Positions 18,336 to 31,086 of a stretch of DNA of 37,392 nt are shown here, in pieces. Numbering within the stretch: position 1 is the stretch's first letter; each line of letters starts with the position of its first letter. The position numbers were made by a program, and so were the translations under genes. This stretch comes from Geodermatophilaceae bacterium (GTDB lineage: Bacteria; Actinomycetota; Actinomycetes; Mycobacteriales; Geodermatophilaceae). The notes under the pieces were generated by a model, which worked only from the letters and a program-made list of their open reading frames with translations, did not search any database and had not been told where the DNA came from. The DNA lies in NCBI GenBank assembly GCA_013811805.1, contig JACCUM010000232.1, forward strand, positions 1-37,392, read 5' to 3'.

Positions 18336-19383
18336 CCAACTGCGCGGCGGCCCGCTGGTCCTCGGGATCGAGACCTCCTGTGACGAAACCGGAGTCGGGA
18401 TCGTGGCCGGACATCGCTTGCTGGCCGATGCGGTCGCGTCCAGTGTCGACGAACACGCCCGGTTCGGTGGCGTAGTACCCGAAGTGGCCTCGCGCGCGCA
18501 TCTCGAGGCGATGGTGCCCACCATCCATCGGGCCTGCACCGAGGCAGGAGTCACACCGTCTGATGTGGACGCCATCGCCGTCACCGCCGGCCCGGGATTG
18601 ACCGGCGCACTGTTGGTCGGGGTGGCCGCCGCCAAGGCTTACGCGCTGGCCCTGGGCAAGCCCTTGTACGGCGTCAACCACCTGGCCGCGCACGTCGCGG
18701 TCGATATCCTGGAACACGGGCCGTTGCCCCAGCCCGCGGTGGCGTTGCTGGTGTCCGGCGGGCATTCCTCGTTGCTCCGCGTCGACGACATCACCGGGTC
18801 GATCACGTCGTTGGGTTCGACCATCGACGACGCGGCCGGCGAGGCCTTCGACAAGGTCGCGCGGGTTCTCGGTCTGCCCTTCCCAGGAGGCCCGCACATC
18901 GACCGACTGGCCCGCGCCGGGTCTGCGGAGGCAATTGCCTTCCCGCGGGGCCTCACCGGACCACGCGATGCGCCGTACGACTTCTCCTTCTCGGGTCTCA
19001 AGAGCGCAGTCGCCCGCTGGGTGGAACGCCTGGAGCACGACGGTGCGCCAGTTCCGGTGGCCGACGTCGCGGCGTCCTTCCAGGAAGCTGTGGTCGACGT
19101 CCTCACCGCCAAGGCCGTACGAGCCTGCCGTGCGGCCGGTATCCAGCACCTGATCCTCGGCGGCGGGGTGGCGGCAAACAGCCGGCTCCGTACGTTGGCG
19201 GAGTCCCGCGCCGCAGCCAACGGACTGCTCCTGCGCGTCCCTCGTCCGGGCCTGTGCACCGACAACGGCGCGATGGTGGCGGCGCTGGGGGCACTCCTGG
19301 TGAACGCCGCTGTGCCGGCCTCGCCGGCGGACCTGGGTGCGGATTCGTCGTTGCCGGTCACCCTGGTGTCTGTCCCGGCCTGA
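18328..19383 (+). CDS. tsaD: tRNA N6-adenosine threonylcarbamoyltransferase TsaD
   Basis: [46 protein letters not shown] and [11 protein letters not shown]. Confidence 0.95.
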   Translation: MADQLRGGPLVLGIETSCDETGVGIVAGHRLLADAVASSVDEHARFGGVVPEVASRAHLEAMVPTIHRACTEAGVTPSDVDAIAVTAGPGLTGALLVGVAAAKAYALALGKPLYGVNHLAAHVAVDILEHGPLPQPAVALLVSGGHSSLLRVDDITGSITSLGSTIDDAAGEAFDKVARVLGLPFPGGPHIDRLARAGSAEAIAFPRGLTGPRDAPYDFSFSGLKSAVARWVERLEHDGAPVPVADVAASFQEAVVDVLTAKAVRACRAAGIQHLILGGGVAANSRLRTLAESRAAANGLLLRVPRPGLCTDNGAMVAALGALLVNAAVPASPADLGADSSLPVTLVSVPA

Positions 19384-19417
19384 CCATGTCCTCCAGCAGG
19401 GCCCCCAGGTTGATTGG

Positions 19418-19444
19418 TTGGCACTCTCCGGACTAGAGTGCTAA
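19418..19444 (+). promoter_or_regulatory. CIRCE operator (HrcA binding site) in the groES promoter region
   Basis: TTGGCACTC-tccggacta-GAGTGCTAA has one mismatch to the consensus TTAGCACTC-N9-GAGTGCTAA. It overlaps a possible TTGATT (19410-19415) / TAGAGT (19434-19439) promoter. It lies about 155 nt upstream of groES. Confidence 0.85.
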
Positions 19445-19599
19445 CTGGAGCGACCGGTACCTGGCACCCGCGACGACAGGCCGGTCGGGCCGAACCATTG
19501 CACTCAGACCACGCACCACCGAACGACCACAGAACTACCTGTCAGAGAAGTCAACTGCGCACTACGCGACTACGCCCCAGAAGGGGGAGGTCAAGAGAA

Positions 19600-19908
19600 G
19601 TGACGACCGCTACCAAGGTCAGAATCAAGCCCCTCGAGGACCGTGTCGTTGTCCAGGCGAACGAGGCGGAGACGACAACCGCCTCCGGCTTGGTCATCCC
19701 GGACACCGCCAAGGAGAAGCCCCAGGAGGGCACCGTCATCGCTGTCGGCCCCGGCCGGATCGACGACAAGGGCAACCGCGTCCCGATGGACGTATCCGAA
19801 GGTGACACCGTGATCTACTCGAAGTACGGCGGCACCGAGGTCAAGTACGGCGGCGAGGACTACCTCGTCCTGTCGGCCCGCGACCTGCTCGCGGTTGTCG
19901 AGAAGTAA
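19600..19908 (+). CDS. groES: Co-chaperonin GroES
   Basis: [53 protein letters not shown]... GTG 19600 is preceded by AAGGGGGAGG (19581-19590). Confidence 0.97.
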   Translation: MTTATKVRIKPLEDRVVVQANEAETTTASGLVIPDTAKEKPQEGTVIAVGPGRIDDKGNRVPMDVSEGDTVIYSKYGGTEVKYGGEDYLVLSARDLLAVVEK

Positions 19909-19922
19909 CCCGTTCCTGCTGA

Positions 19923-21668
<1,746 letters not shown>

Positions 21669-21755
21669 TCCAGGCCTCTACGCTGTGCCACGTGGCGGGG
21701 TGTCGGCAGTGAGCTGCTGGAAGCCGGCCGTCCTATGCCTGGGAGATTCGCCGCC

Positions 21756-22211
21756 CTAGCGCTGCGATGGCGATGGCCGGGTTCCCGCCCGGCGATCCCA
21801 CAGGTGGAAGATGCCGCTCGGCGCGGCCAGCATCAGCACGAATCCGCCACCCAGGAGCCCCCGCCCGACCTCGTCCCCGAGGCGGTCGGAGTCCACAAAA
21901 CCTCCCACGACGCCGAGAGCCGTCGCGACGACGAGGATCGCCAACGCCGACCAGATCCCCACGCCGAGGCGCCGCCCCGGGGCGAAGAGGTGCCGTGCGG
22001 CGCGGGCCAGACCCCCGACCCACACCACGACGCCGATCACCACTGCGAGGACGAGGCCCAAGAAGATCTGCCCGAGGTCGCCCCATGGCTCATCGCTTTC
22101 CGGCGTGACCTGGCTGAGCACAAGGGCGGCACTCATGACCAGCGCCGCGGCTACCACCCCGAACAGGGCCGCCAGGAGGGGCCACAAGACCAGCTGACGA
22201 CCACGCCGCAT
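21756..22211 (-). CDS. Hypothetical integral membrane protein (4 predicted TM helices)
   Basis: ATG 22211 is preceded by GAAGGAG at ideal spacing. MRRGRQLVLWPLLAALFGVVAAALVMSAALVL... shows four hydrophobic stretches. I recognise no domain. Confidence 0.65.
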   Translation of the reverse strand: MRRGRQLVLWPLLAALFGVVAAALVMSAALVLSQVTPESDEPWGDLGQIFLGLVLAVVIGVVVWVGGLARAARHLFAPGRRLGVGIWSALAILVVATALGVVGGFVDSDRLGDEVGRGLLGGGFVLMLAAPSGIFHLWDRRAGTRPSPSQR

Positions 22212-22263
22212 GCGAGCTCCTTCATCGGGCGGTTGTGTAGCGAACCGGCGCTTCGCCCGGGCG

Positions 22264-22656
22264 CTAGTCGACCGCGCTTTCCGAGGCGACCACGCCGTCG
22301 GCGTACCCCCGCGCGTACTCCCAGGTGACGTACTCGGCGGGGTCGGGATCGTAGGGCGGCTCGTGCAGCCCGGTGATGCCCTCATCCAGCAGCTGCCGCA
22401 GGTTGGACTGCATCAGCGCCCAGCCGATGTGGTGCACCGTCTCGCAGTCCGGGCAGTCGATCACGATGCCCTTGATGCCGGTCGGCTCCAACAGGGTGCG
22501 GTAGACCTCAAGGTCTTCGAGATCGACCACGATGTCCTCGCGCTCCTCGGGAGACAGGGGCACCTGATCGGCCTCATCATCGCTCCCGTGATGGGCATGG
22601 TGGTCGGCATCGTCAGCGTCGTCGGCATAGGGCTCGCCGGGTAGATCGGAACTCAC
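22264..22656 (-). CDS. DUF5319-family conserved actinobacterial protein (Rv3412-like)
   Basis: DLEDLEVYRTLLEPTGIKGIVIDCPDCETVHHIGWALMQSNLRQLLDEGITGLHEPPYDPDPAEYVTWEYARGYADG matches the Rv3412 pattern as I recall it (CxxC...H, HEPAYDPEP..YVTW.Y.RGYAD). It is divergent from guaB, as in M. tuberculosis. The start is uncertain (GTG 22656 or 22665). The tracked GTG 22719 would abut the guaB start. Confidence 0.8.
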   Translation of the reverse strand: MSSDLPGEPYADDADDADHHAHHGSDDEADQVPLSPEEREDIVVDLEDLEVYRTLLEPTGIKGIVIDCPDCETVHHIGWALMQSNLRQLLDEGITGLHEPPYDPDPAEYVTWEYARGYADGVVASESAVD

Positions 22657-22685
22657 AGGAGCCACCGTAGCCCGCACTACGATGA

Positions 22686-24221
<1,536 letters not shown>

Positions 24222-24233
24222 TGGGCGCAGCGC

Positions 24234-25364
24234 ATGCGTGATTACGTCGAGATCGGGCTGGGCCGAACGGCTCGACGCGGGTACACCCTGAACGAGGTCT
24301 CGATCATCCCGTCCCGCCGTACCCGGGACATCGACGACGTCTCCACGGCCTGGCAGATCGACGCCTTCTCCTTCGGCATTCCGATGATGGCCACGCCCTC
24401 GGATGCCGTCATGAGCCCGGACATGTGCGTCGCGGTCGGACAAGCGGGCGGTCTCGGGGTGCTCAACGCCGAAGGTCTGTGGACCCGGTACGACGATCCG
24501 AGCCAGGCCTACGCGCGGATCGCCGACCTGTCCGAGGGTGACGTCGGTGAGATCTCCACCCTGCAGGAGATCTACGCCGAGCCGGTCAAGCCCGACCTGA
24601 TCAGCGCACGGATCAAGGAGGTCAAGGACTCCGGGGTCACCACGGCTGCCCGCGTCTCGCCCCAGCACACCACCGAGTTGGCACCGGCACTGCTCTCAGC
24701 CGGCGTGGACATCCTCGTCATCCAGGGCACGATCGTCTCCGCCGAGCATGTCACCAACCACGGCGAAGGGCTGAACCTCAAGGAGTTCATCGCCGATCTC
24801 GACGTACCCGTGATCGTCGGTGGCTGTGCGGACTACCAGACCGCGCTGCACCTGATGCGTACCGGTGCGGCTGGGGTGATCGTGGGGATGGGCGCGGACG
24901 AGTACGCCAGCAGCGATCAGGTGCTCGGCATCCGGGTCCCGATGGCTACCGCGATCGCTGATGCCGTTGCGGCCCGTCGGGACTACCTGGACGAGACCGG
25001 CGGACGGTACGTCCACGTCCTGGCCAGCGGCGAGATCTCCACCAGTGGCGCGATCGCCCGGGCGCTGGCCTGTGGCGCGGATGCCGTCGTGGTCGGGGAG
25101 CCGCTGCGGACGGCGACCCAGGCACCGGCTGGTGGTCGGTACTGGGATTCGGTGGCTGCGCATCCGCGGCTGCCCCGCGGCGGGCTGGCACCGGCCGAAC
25201 CCGACCGGGTGTCACTCGACGAGGTGCTGTTCGGCCCCAGCGCCGCACAGTGCGGGCGCACCAACCTGTTCGGTGCGCTTGCCCGCACCCTGGCCAAGAC
25301 CGGCTTCAGCGACCTCAAGGAATTCCAGAAGGTGGACCTGGTCCTGTCCCGCCCCGACGCATGA
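24234..25364 (+). CDS. GuaB3-family IMP dehydrogenase-related protein (no CBS domains)
   Basis: [32 protein letters not shown]... shows an IMPDH barrel but lacks the catalytic Cys loop context of GuaB. The position directly after guaB matches Rv3410c. Confidence 0.88.
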   Translation: MRDYVEIGLGRTARRGYTLNEVSIIPSRRTRDIDDVSTAWQIDAFSFGIPMMATPSDAVMSPDMCVAVGQAGGLGVLNAEGLWTRYDDPSQAYARIADLSEGDVGEISTLQEIYAEPVKPDLISARIKEVKDSGVTTAARVSPQHTTELAPALLSAGVDILVIQGTIVSAEHVTNHGEGLNLKEFIADLDVPVIVGGCADYQTALHLMRTGAAGVIVGMGADEYASSDQVLGIRVPMATAIADAVAARRDYLDETGGRYVHVLASGEISTSGAIARALACGADAVVVGEPLRTATQAPAGGRYWDSVAAHPRLPRGGLAPAEPDRVSLDEVLFGPSAAQCGRTNLFGALARTLAKTGFSDLKEFQKVDLVLSRPDA

Positions 25365-26971
25365 CCGCCGAGCGCGGCGACCGCGGCAAGCGCGGCGAGC
25401 GCGGCGAGCGCGGCGAGCAATCGACCGGCACTGTGCTGGTCGTCGACTACGGGGCGCAGTACGCGCAACTGATTGCTCGCCGCATTCGCGAGGCGCGGGT
25501 ACACAGCGAGATCGTGCCGTACACCACCTCCGTCGCGGACATGCTGGCCCGCGACCCCAGTGCGATCGTGCTCTCCGGGGGACCGTCCTCGGTGTACGCG
25601 CCAGGGGCGCCGGCGGCACCCGAGGGCTTGTTCGAGGCCGGCGTGCCGGTCTTCGGGATCTGCTACGGCTTCCAGCTGATGGCCCAGGCCATGGGTGGCG
25701 TCGTGGCTCGTACCGGCACATCGGAGTACGGCGGCACCGCTCTCGCAGTGACCCCCGGACCGTCGGCACTGTTCAGCGGATTGCCCGACCAGCAACTCGT
25801 CTGGATGAGCCACGGGGACTCGGTCACCGCGCCGCCGCCCGGATTCTCGGTCACCGCAACGAGTACCGGCACGCCCGTTGCCGCTGTGGAGGATCTCAGC
25901 CGGCGGCTGGCCGGTGTGCAGTTCCATCCAGAGGTAGGCCACAGCGAGCACGGTCAGGCGGTGTTGGAGCGCTTCCTGCACAACGTCGCCGGATGCTGGG
26001 CGGACTGGACGATGGACAACGTCATCGAGACCCAGGTCGGACGGATCCAGGCCCAGGTCGGCGGCAAGCGGGTGTTGTGTGCGCTGTCCGGTGGCGTGGA
26101 CTCCGCCGTCGCTGCCGCGCTCGTCCAGCGGGCCGTGGGTGACCAGTTGACCTGCGTGTACGTCGATCACGGTTTGATGCGCCTCGGTGAGACCGAGCAG
26201 GTCGAGCGGGACTACGTGGCCTCCACCGGCGTGGACCTGCGCGTGGTTCGGGCCGAGGCGCAGTTCCTCGAAGCGCTGGCCGGAGTGGCCGATCCGGAGC
26301 AGAAGCGCAAGATCATCGGTCGGGAGTTCATCCGGGTCTTCGAGCAGGCCGCCCGCGAGGTCGCCGGCACCGAGGGCAGCGTGGACTTCCTGGTGCAGGG
26401 CACCCTCTATCCCGACGTGGTGGAGTCCGGCGGCGGCAGCGGCGCGGCGAGCATCAAGAGCCATCACAACGTCGGTGGGCTCCCGGAGGATCTGGCCTTT
26501 GAGTTGGTCGAACCGCTGCGGGAGCTGTTCAAGGACGAGGTACGCGAGGTCGGCCGCCAGCTCGGTCTGCCGGCCAGTATCGTTGGACGGCAACCCTTTC
26601 CAGGGCCCGGGCTGGGCGTGCGCATCGTCGGGGCGGTGGACGCCTACCGGCTCGACGTGCTCCGCCGGGCCGACGCGATCACTCGTGAGGAACTGACCCG
26701 AGCCGGCCTGGACCAGTCGATCTGGCAGTGCCCGGTGGTTCTGCTCGCGGACGTGCGGTCGGTGGGTGTGCAGGGCGATGGTCGCACGTACGGTCATCCC
26801 ATCGTGTTGCGGCCGGTGTCCAGCGAGGACGCGATGACCGCGGACTGGACCCGCCTCCCGTACGACGTGTTGGCCTTGATCTCGACCCGGATCACCAACG
26901 AAGTGCCAGAGGTCAATCGGGTGGTACTTGACGTGACGAGCAAGCCACCGGGAACCATCGAGTGGGAGTAG
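25361..26971 (+). CDS. guaA: GMP synthase (glutamine-hydrolyzing)
   Basis: GATase domain ([32 protein letters not shown]), ATP-PPase loop SGGVDSAV, and the C-terminal [16 protein letters not shown] 25361 overlaps the guaB3 stop (ATGA). GTG 25433 (VLVVDYG) is an alternative start that would exclude the repeat. Confidence 0.95.
   Translation: MTAERGDRGKRGERGERGEQSTGTVLVVDYGAQYAQLIARRIREARVHSEIVPYTTSVADMLARDPSAIVLSGGPSSVYAPGAPAAPEGLFEAGVPVFGICYGFQLMAQAMGGVVARTGTSEYGGTALAVTPGPSALFSGLPDQQLVWMSHGDSVTAPPPGFSVTATSTGTPVAAVEDLSRRLAGVQFHPEVGHSEHGQAVLERFLHNVAGCWADWTMDNVIETQVGRIQAQVGGKRVLCALSGGVDSAVAAALVQRAVGDQLTCVYVDHGLMRLGETEQVERDYVASTGVDLRVVRAEAQFLEALAGVADPEQKRKIIGREFIRVFEQAAREVAGTEGSVDFLVQGTLYPDVVESGGGSGAASIKSHHNVGGLPEDLAFELVEPLRELFKDEVREVGRQLGLPASIVGRQPFPGPGLGVRIVGAVDAYRLDVLRRADAITREELTRAGLDQSIWQCPVVLLADVRSVGVQGDGRTYGHPIVLRPVSSEDAMTADWTRLPYDVLALISTRITNEVPEVNRVVLDVTSKPPGTIEWE
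25370..25417 (+). repeat. In-frame 9-nt tandem repeat (about 5.3 units of GAGCGCGGC and variants) encoding [16 protein letters not shown]
   Basis: gagcgcggc gaccgcggc aagcgcggc gagcgcggc gagcgcggc gag, read directly. Three units are identical. Confidence 0.9.
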
Positions 26972-27427
26972 GCGAAGCCGACTGGCGCTTTCCCAGCTGC
27001 TGATCGACTCCGACGTTATCCGAAGAAGCCCTCTCGCCGCCGCGGAATAAGGTCTACCGGCGGCACTCGCAGACCGGACTGGGGTAATCGCCCTGCTGCA
27101 GGAACTGGGTGACATGGCGACCTGACCGGAAGGACTGAGCATGCGTGATTCGGGGTGGACCAGGGAAGAAGGTGAGGCGCTTTTGGAGAGCCTGGTCGGA
27201 CCGGTGAAGGCGGTTCCGTTCAAGTACGGCTGGGTCGCGGTAGCCAGCCTGACCGAGGAGGATCGCCGACCGGGACACGCGGGCTCGCCGACAGGGCCAG
27301 ATCACCGGGCGGAGGATCTGGCCGACTCAGGCCTGCCATCAACGACATGTGCTCGACGGGTCGAGCCGCCCACCGGGAAGGATGGAAACCGGCGTGATAC
27401 GGGCAAGATCGGAATGAGGAGCCAACG

Positions 27428-28077
27428 ATGTCGATGCCACCGCCCTACCCACCGGGATCACCGCCGCCTCAGCGGGGTCTGCCCCAGCAGCCGGCCGTGA
27501 TGTATGTGCCGCGGTTCTTCGTCCGGCAACGGATCACCCTGATGGTCAACCGGTACGAGATCCTGGCCGCGAACCCCGACGGCACCGAAGGTCACATGCT
27601 TGCCTTCGCCGAGCAGAAGCGGATGCAGCTCAAGGAAGAGGTCGTCTTCTTCGCCGATCCGAGCAGGTCCCGACGGGTCTTCTCGTTCAAGGCCCGGCAG
27701 CGCTTGGACGTCCACGCCCAGCATGACGTCTTTGACGCGTCAGGGGTGGCGCTCGGGATGTTCAGCAAGGAGTTCGGTGCCAGCCTGCTCCGCTCCACCT
27801 GTCGGCGCCGGGGGTCGAGGCGTTGGGTCGCGAGCGCCGACCGGTCATCGCCGTCCTGCGCCGAGTGTGGACGTTGATTCCGTACCTGGGTGATGTGTGG
27901 GTGCCGTTCGTCTTTCACTTCGACTTCCTGGACAAGGCCACCGGCCAGCCGGCGCTGATCAGTGAGCGGCACAAGGCGATTCGGGACTCCTACACCGTGA
28001 CGGTGCCCGACCAACGCCTTGACTTCCGGGTCGCTGCGGCCATGGCGGTCGCCCTGGACGCGCTGCAGAGCCGCTGA
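27428..28077 (+). pseudogene. LURP-one-related/scramblase (tubby-like fold) family gene, disrupted by a frameshift near 27797-27800
   Basis: Frame A (27428-27799) encodes MSMPPPYPPGSPPPQRG...RYEILAANPDG...LAFAEQKRMQLKEEVVFFAD...FSFKARQRLDVHAQHDVFDASGVALGMFSKEFGASLLRST. Frame B (27799-28077) continues LSAPGVEALGRERRPVIAVLRRVWTLIPYLGDVWVPFVFHFDFLDKATGQPALISERHKAIRDSYTVTVPDQRLDFRVAAAMAVALDALQSR. The two halves read as one conserved protein only if 1 nt is restored. AGGAG lies upstream of ATG 27428. The family name is from memory. Confidence 0.6.
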
Positions 28078-28105
28078 GCGCTCAGCCGCTCCAGCAGAGT
28101 CCTGA

Positions 28106-28372
28106 TCAGCGGTAGGTGTCCTGCTCCCAAGCCGACAGCTCGGGCGAGCCCCCCGTTGGATCGGCGCTGGTCTGCTTGCGACGGCCGCGAATTTCGCTGA
28201 GCAACAGGAAGCCACCGGCGAGGATCATGAACCCCCACAGTGGCGCGGCGCCGAAGTGCGGAAGGTCCAGGCTCCCCAGCATCAGCGAAGAGATGCTGAA
28301 CAGGATGAACAGCAAGCCGGCGAGGAGCGCGACGATGTCGACTCCTGGGCGTGGGCGCTGGTCAGCCGACAC
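28106..28372 (-). CDS. Small membrane protein (2 TM, 88 aa), downstream of and overlapping the PspC/LiaF-like gene
   Basis: GTG 28372 overlaps the upstream stop by 11 nt. VDIVALLAGLLFILFSISSLML and APLWGFMILAGGFLLLS are hydrophobic helices. No homology recognised. Confidence 0.55.
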   Translation of the reverse strand: MSADQRPRPGVDIVALLAGLLFILFSISSLMLGSLDLPHFGAAPLWGFMILAGGFLLLSEIRGRRKQTSADPTGGSPELSAWEQDTYR

Positions 28373-29747
28373 GGGTCACCTCCGCGTTCCCGAAGCGAAC
28401 GTCTAGGTCGAGAATCAATTCTGGCTCGTTGGCTCCGACATCAGGACCCTCACCCGATCCCTGGTAGTAGCCATCGAAGACGTCCCGATTGCCGAAGGCC
28501 GACACCGAGCCGAAGCTGGCCTCCCCGTTGACCTCTATATCCACGTCACGTGGTATCAGGATCTCGAAATTGCCCATTGTCACCTCGACCCGGATGTCGG
28601 TGGGATCGTCGGAATCGAACTGCAGGCCCGTCAGGTCCAGCGTTCCCTGGCCCATCAGGACCTGGTAGGTGTCGCGGACCTGCTCGACCGAGGCTGGCCG
28701 ATAGCTGCGCTCGCCGAAGGATGCCTCGCCGAATCCGCCCTGCGATTCCACCGCCGAGGTGGCGAACAGGCCGAAGGAGAGCATCACCCCAAGACCGATC
28801 AGGCCGCCCTTGCTGCGCCGCCACGGGCCGAACGCAGACACCACGAGGGCCGCGCCGACGAGGGCCACGGCGATGCCGAAGTAGGTCGACGGGTCCAAGG
28901 ACCAGTTTCCGTACCGCTCGCCGAAGGCGACGACGCCGGCACCGATCAAGAGAATCGCGACCGTCAGGCCTGGGACGGGGGACCGTGGTCCTCTTGGCAC
29001 AGCGGGCGGTGCAGAGCGATCGTGGGCTGGCTTCGTCGAGAAGGGCGCCGGGTGCAGATGGTCGGCTAGGACCAGATCCGAGGTCAGTTGCATGAGGTCT
29101 GACGCGATCTTCGCTTGGTAGGCCGAGGCGACCCGTTCGTCGTACTCGGCCAGATCAAGTCGACCCTCAGTGTGGGCGGCGCTGAGGTAGGCAACAGTCT
29201 GCTCTCGTTCTCGGTCCCCGATCCGCATCTCGGGTCGTATTTCGGGCTCGACCCGCGGCCTACCGATGCCTCGGGACCAGACCTGGCGGCCGTCATCGCG
29301 CGGCATGAGGACGGCCAGCGCGATGTAGAGCAGGACGCCGGTACCACCGGCGAAAATGAGCGCGATGAACCCGATCCGGAACAGGATCGGATCGATGCCG
29401 GTGTGCCGACCCAACCCGCTACAGACACCGGTGAGTACTTTGTCGGAGGAGTCGCGCATCAGACGGGCGGACGCCGGACGGGACGGCGGCTGACCGAAGC
29501 CAGGCCATGGTTCTCCTGTGGGAGGCCTAGGTGGTTCGGAGGACCATCCGGATCCGCTGCCCGTGGGCGGCCGCAACGGCATATCGGGCCACTCTCCCCC
29601 GACGGGCTGGGCCGAGTCGTCAGCCGCGCCCACGGAGGGGGGCTGATCGGGCCGGGCCGGCTCACTGGGCCGCCCTGAGGGCTGCGGCGGCGAGGAGGAC
29701 GGATCCGGCGTCCGGGAGTGGATCGGGGGGTCGGAGTCTGTGGTCAC
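28362..29747 (-). CDS. PspC domain / DUF1707 / LiaF-like C-terminal domain membrane protein
   Basis: A Pro-rich N-terminus is followed by a PspC domain (KVLTGVCSGLGRHTGIDPILFRIGFIALIFAGGTGVLLYIALAVLMP). A DUF1707 module follows (IGDREREQTVAYLSAAHTEGRLDLAEYDERVASAY), then about 4 TM helices. The beta-rich C-terminus resembles LiaF (GQGTLDLTGLQFD...IRVEVTMGNFEILIPRDVDIEVNGEASFGSV). Start placed at GTG 29747 (AGGAT 8 nt upstream). Confidence 0.8.
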   Translation of the reverse strand: MTTDSDPPIHSRTPDPSSSPPQPSGRPSEPARPDQPPSVGAADDSAQPVGGEWPDMPLRPPTGSGSGWSSEPPRPPTGEPWPGFGQPPSRPASARLMRDSSDKVLTGVCSGLGRHTGIDPILFRIGFIALIFAGGTGVLLYIALAVLMPRDDGRQVWSRGIGRPRVEPEIRPEMRIGDREREQTVAYLSAAHTEGRLDLAEYDERVASAYQAKIASDLMQLTSDLVLADHLHPAPFSTKPAHDRSAPPAVPRGPRSPVPGLTVAILLIGAGVVAFGERYGNWSLDPSTYFGIAVALVGAALVVSAFGPWRRSKGGLIGLGVMLSFGLFATSAVESQGGFGEASFGERSYRPASVEQVRDTYQVLMGQGTLDLTGLQFDSDDPTDIRVEVTMGNFEILIPRDVDIEVNGEASFGSVSAFGNRDVFDGYYQGSGEGPDVGANEPELILDLDVRFGNAEVTRVG

Positions 29748-29841
29748 GATGACGATCCTGGGGCGGGCGGTGGAATGCGGGTATGGGGAAGCACCCTGAG
29801 TGCCCCCCAATCTTTGCGCGTCGCCCTCGGGGGGCCACCTG

Positions 29842-31086
29842 ATGGCCGCCTGGGCCAGAGCATGTGACGATCCTTGGGTGATCAGCCCAGCACAGGTTCG
29901 GCCTCCGCTCGTCAGGACGAGTGACGAGCGGCTCGTCGCTGGCGTTTGCGCAGCGGTCGCCCGGCATCTGCGCTTGGACCCTGTCATCGTACGAGGCGCC
30001 TTTGTCGCCCTCGCCTTCGTCGGCGTCGGGGTACTTGCCTACGCGTTGCTGTGGGTCTTCCTGCCACATGCCGATTCCGTCCCGATCGACTCGACCGTTG
30101 GGGACGGTAGGGGGCCCACGGCCATGGCGACCAGTCGCCTGAGTCTGGAAGCGCTGCGGGACAAGCCCTCGCTGGCCATCCTGCTGATCGGGGTCGGCGG
30201 GGCCGCGCTGCTGACCCAGGTCGGCCCGTTCGGAGAGATTCAGGTTCTCTGGCCGCTGATCATCGTGGGCTTCGGACTTGCACTGATCTGGCGGCAGGTC
30301 GATGACCGAGATCTGCTCAGCCGGCGAAGCCTGCGTTGGCGGTTGGCCGCGGGGGCGGCGGTCACCGTCGTCGGGCTCGTCACCGTGCTCGCCACGCTGA
30401 ACCTGCTGGAGGTCACCTGGCAGAGTTTCGCCGCGACTTTGCTCATCCTCGGTGGCGTCGGGCTGGCCACTGCTCCGTGGTGGCGTCGCCTGGTAGCCGA
30501 ACGAGCGTCCGAGCGCCGAGCTCGGATCCGCGTAGAAGAACGTGCGGAAGTGGCTGCGCACCTACATGATTCGGTGCTGCAGACCCTTGCGCTGATCCAG
30601 CGGCACGCCGATTCCCCGCGTGAGGTGAACCGGTTGGCCCGCGGGCAGGAGCGGGAGTTGCGCTCCTGGCTGTACGGGCGCCCAGGCGAAGATACGGCCA
30701 CCTTCGGTGGCGCCCTGGAGCGCGCGGTAGCCGACATCGAGGCTTCCTACGACGTGCGAGTCCAGTCCGTGATCGTCGGCGATGCACCGGTGGAGGACGG
30801 GCTGTCAGCGGTCCTGCAGGCGACACATGAGGCGATGCGCAACGCTGCCCGGCACGCTGGAGTGCAGGACGTGTCGCTGTATGCCGAGGTTGAAGACGAT
30901 GGGGTGACTGTGTTCGTACGCGACCGTGGAGTCGGGTTCGATCCGGACAGCATCGCCGACGACCGTCGGGGTGTGAGGTATTCCATCGTGCAGCGGATGG
31001 CTCGGCACGGCGGCAGCGCCCGGATCACCAGTGCGCCGGGCACCGGCACCGAGGTCGAGCTGCGCTTGTCACAGGCTGCGTCATGA
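29842..31086 (+). CDS. PspC-domain-containing sensor histidine kinase (HisKA_3/HATPase_c, LiaS-like)
   Basis: N-terminal PspC domain (RLVAGVCAAVARHLRLDPVIVRGAFVALAFVGVGVLAYALLWVFLP), several TM helices, the H-box AAHLHDSVLQTLALIQ, the N-box EAMRNAARHA, and DRGVGFD and GTGTEVEL. The start is ATG 29842 or GTG 29878. Confidence 0.88.
   Translation: MAAWARACDDPWVISPAQVRPPLVRTSDERLVAGVCAAVARHLRLDPVIVRGAFVALAFVGVGVLAYALLWVFLPHADSVPIDSTVGDGRGPTAMATSRLSLEALRDKPSLAILLIGVGGAALLTQVGPFGEIQVLWPLIIVGFGLALIWRQVDDRDLLSRRSLRWRLAAGAAVTVVGLVTVLATLNLLEVTWQSFAATLLILGGVGLATAPWWRRLVAERASERRARIRVEERAEVAAHLHDSVLQTLALIQRHADSPREVNRLARGQERELRSWLYGRPGEDTATFGGALERAVADIEASYDVRVQSVIVGDAPVEDGLSAVLQATHEAMRNAARHAGVQDVSLYAEVEDDGVTVFVRDRGVGFDPDSIADDRRGVRYSIVQRMARHGGSARITSAPGTGTEVELRLSQAAS

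Noticed and set aside
27054-27305. 83-aa minus-strand ORF ending ...QQGDYPSPVCECRR downstream of guaA.
   Set aside because: No recognisable family and poor coding composition. It overlaps the equally weak plus-strand ORF 27141-27500, so neither is reported as a feature.
27790-27805. Programmed -1 ribosomal frameshift joining the two halves of the scramblase-like gene.
   Set aside because: The frame change is geometrically -1, but the site (UCC ACC UGU) has no X XXY YYZ slippery heptamer and no obvious downstream stimulatory structure. A mutational 1-nt deletion is the simpler explanation.
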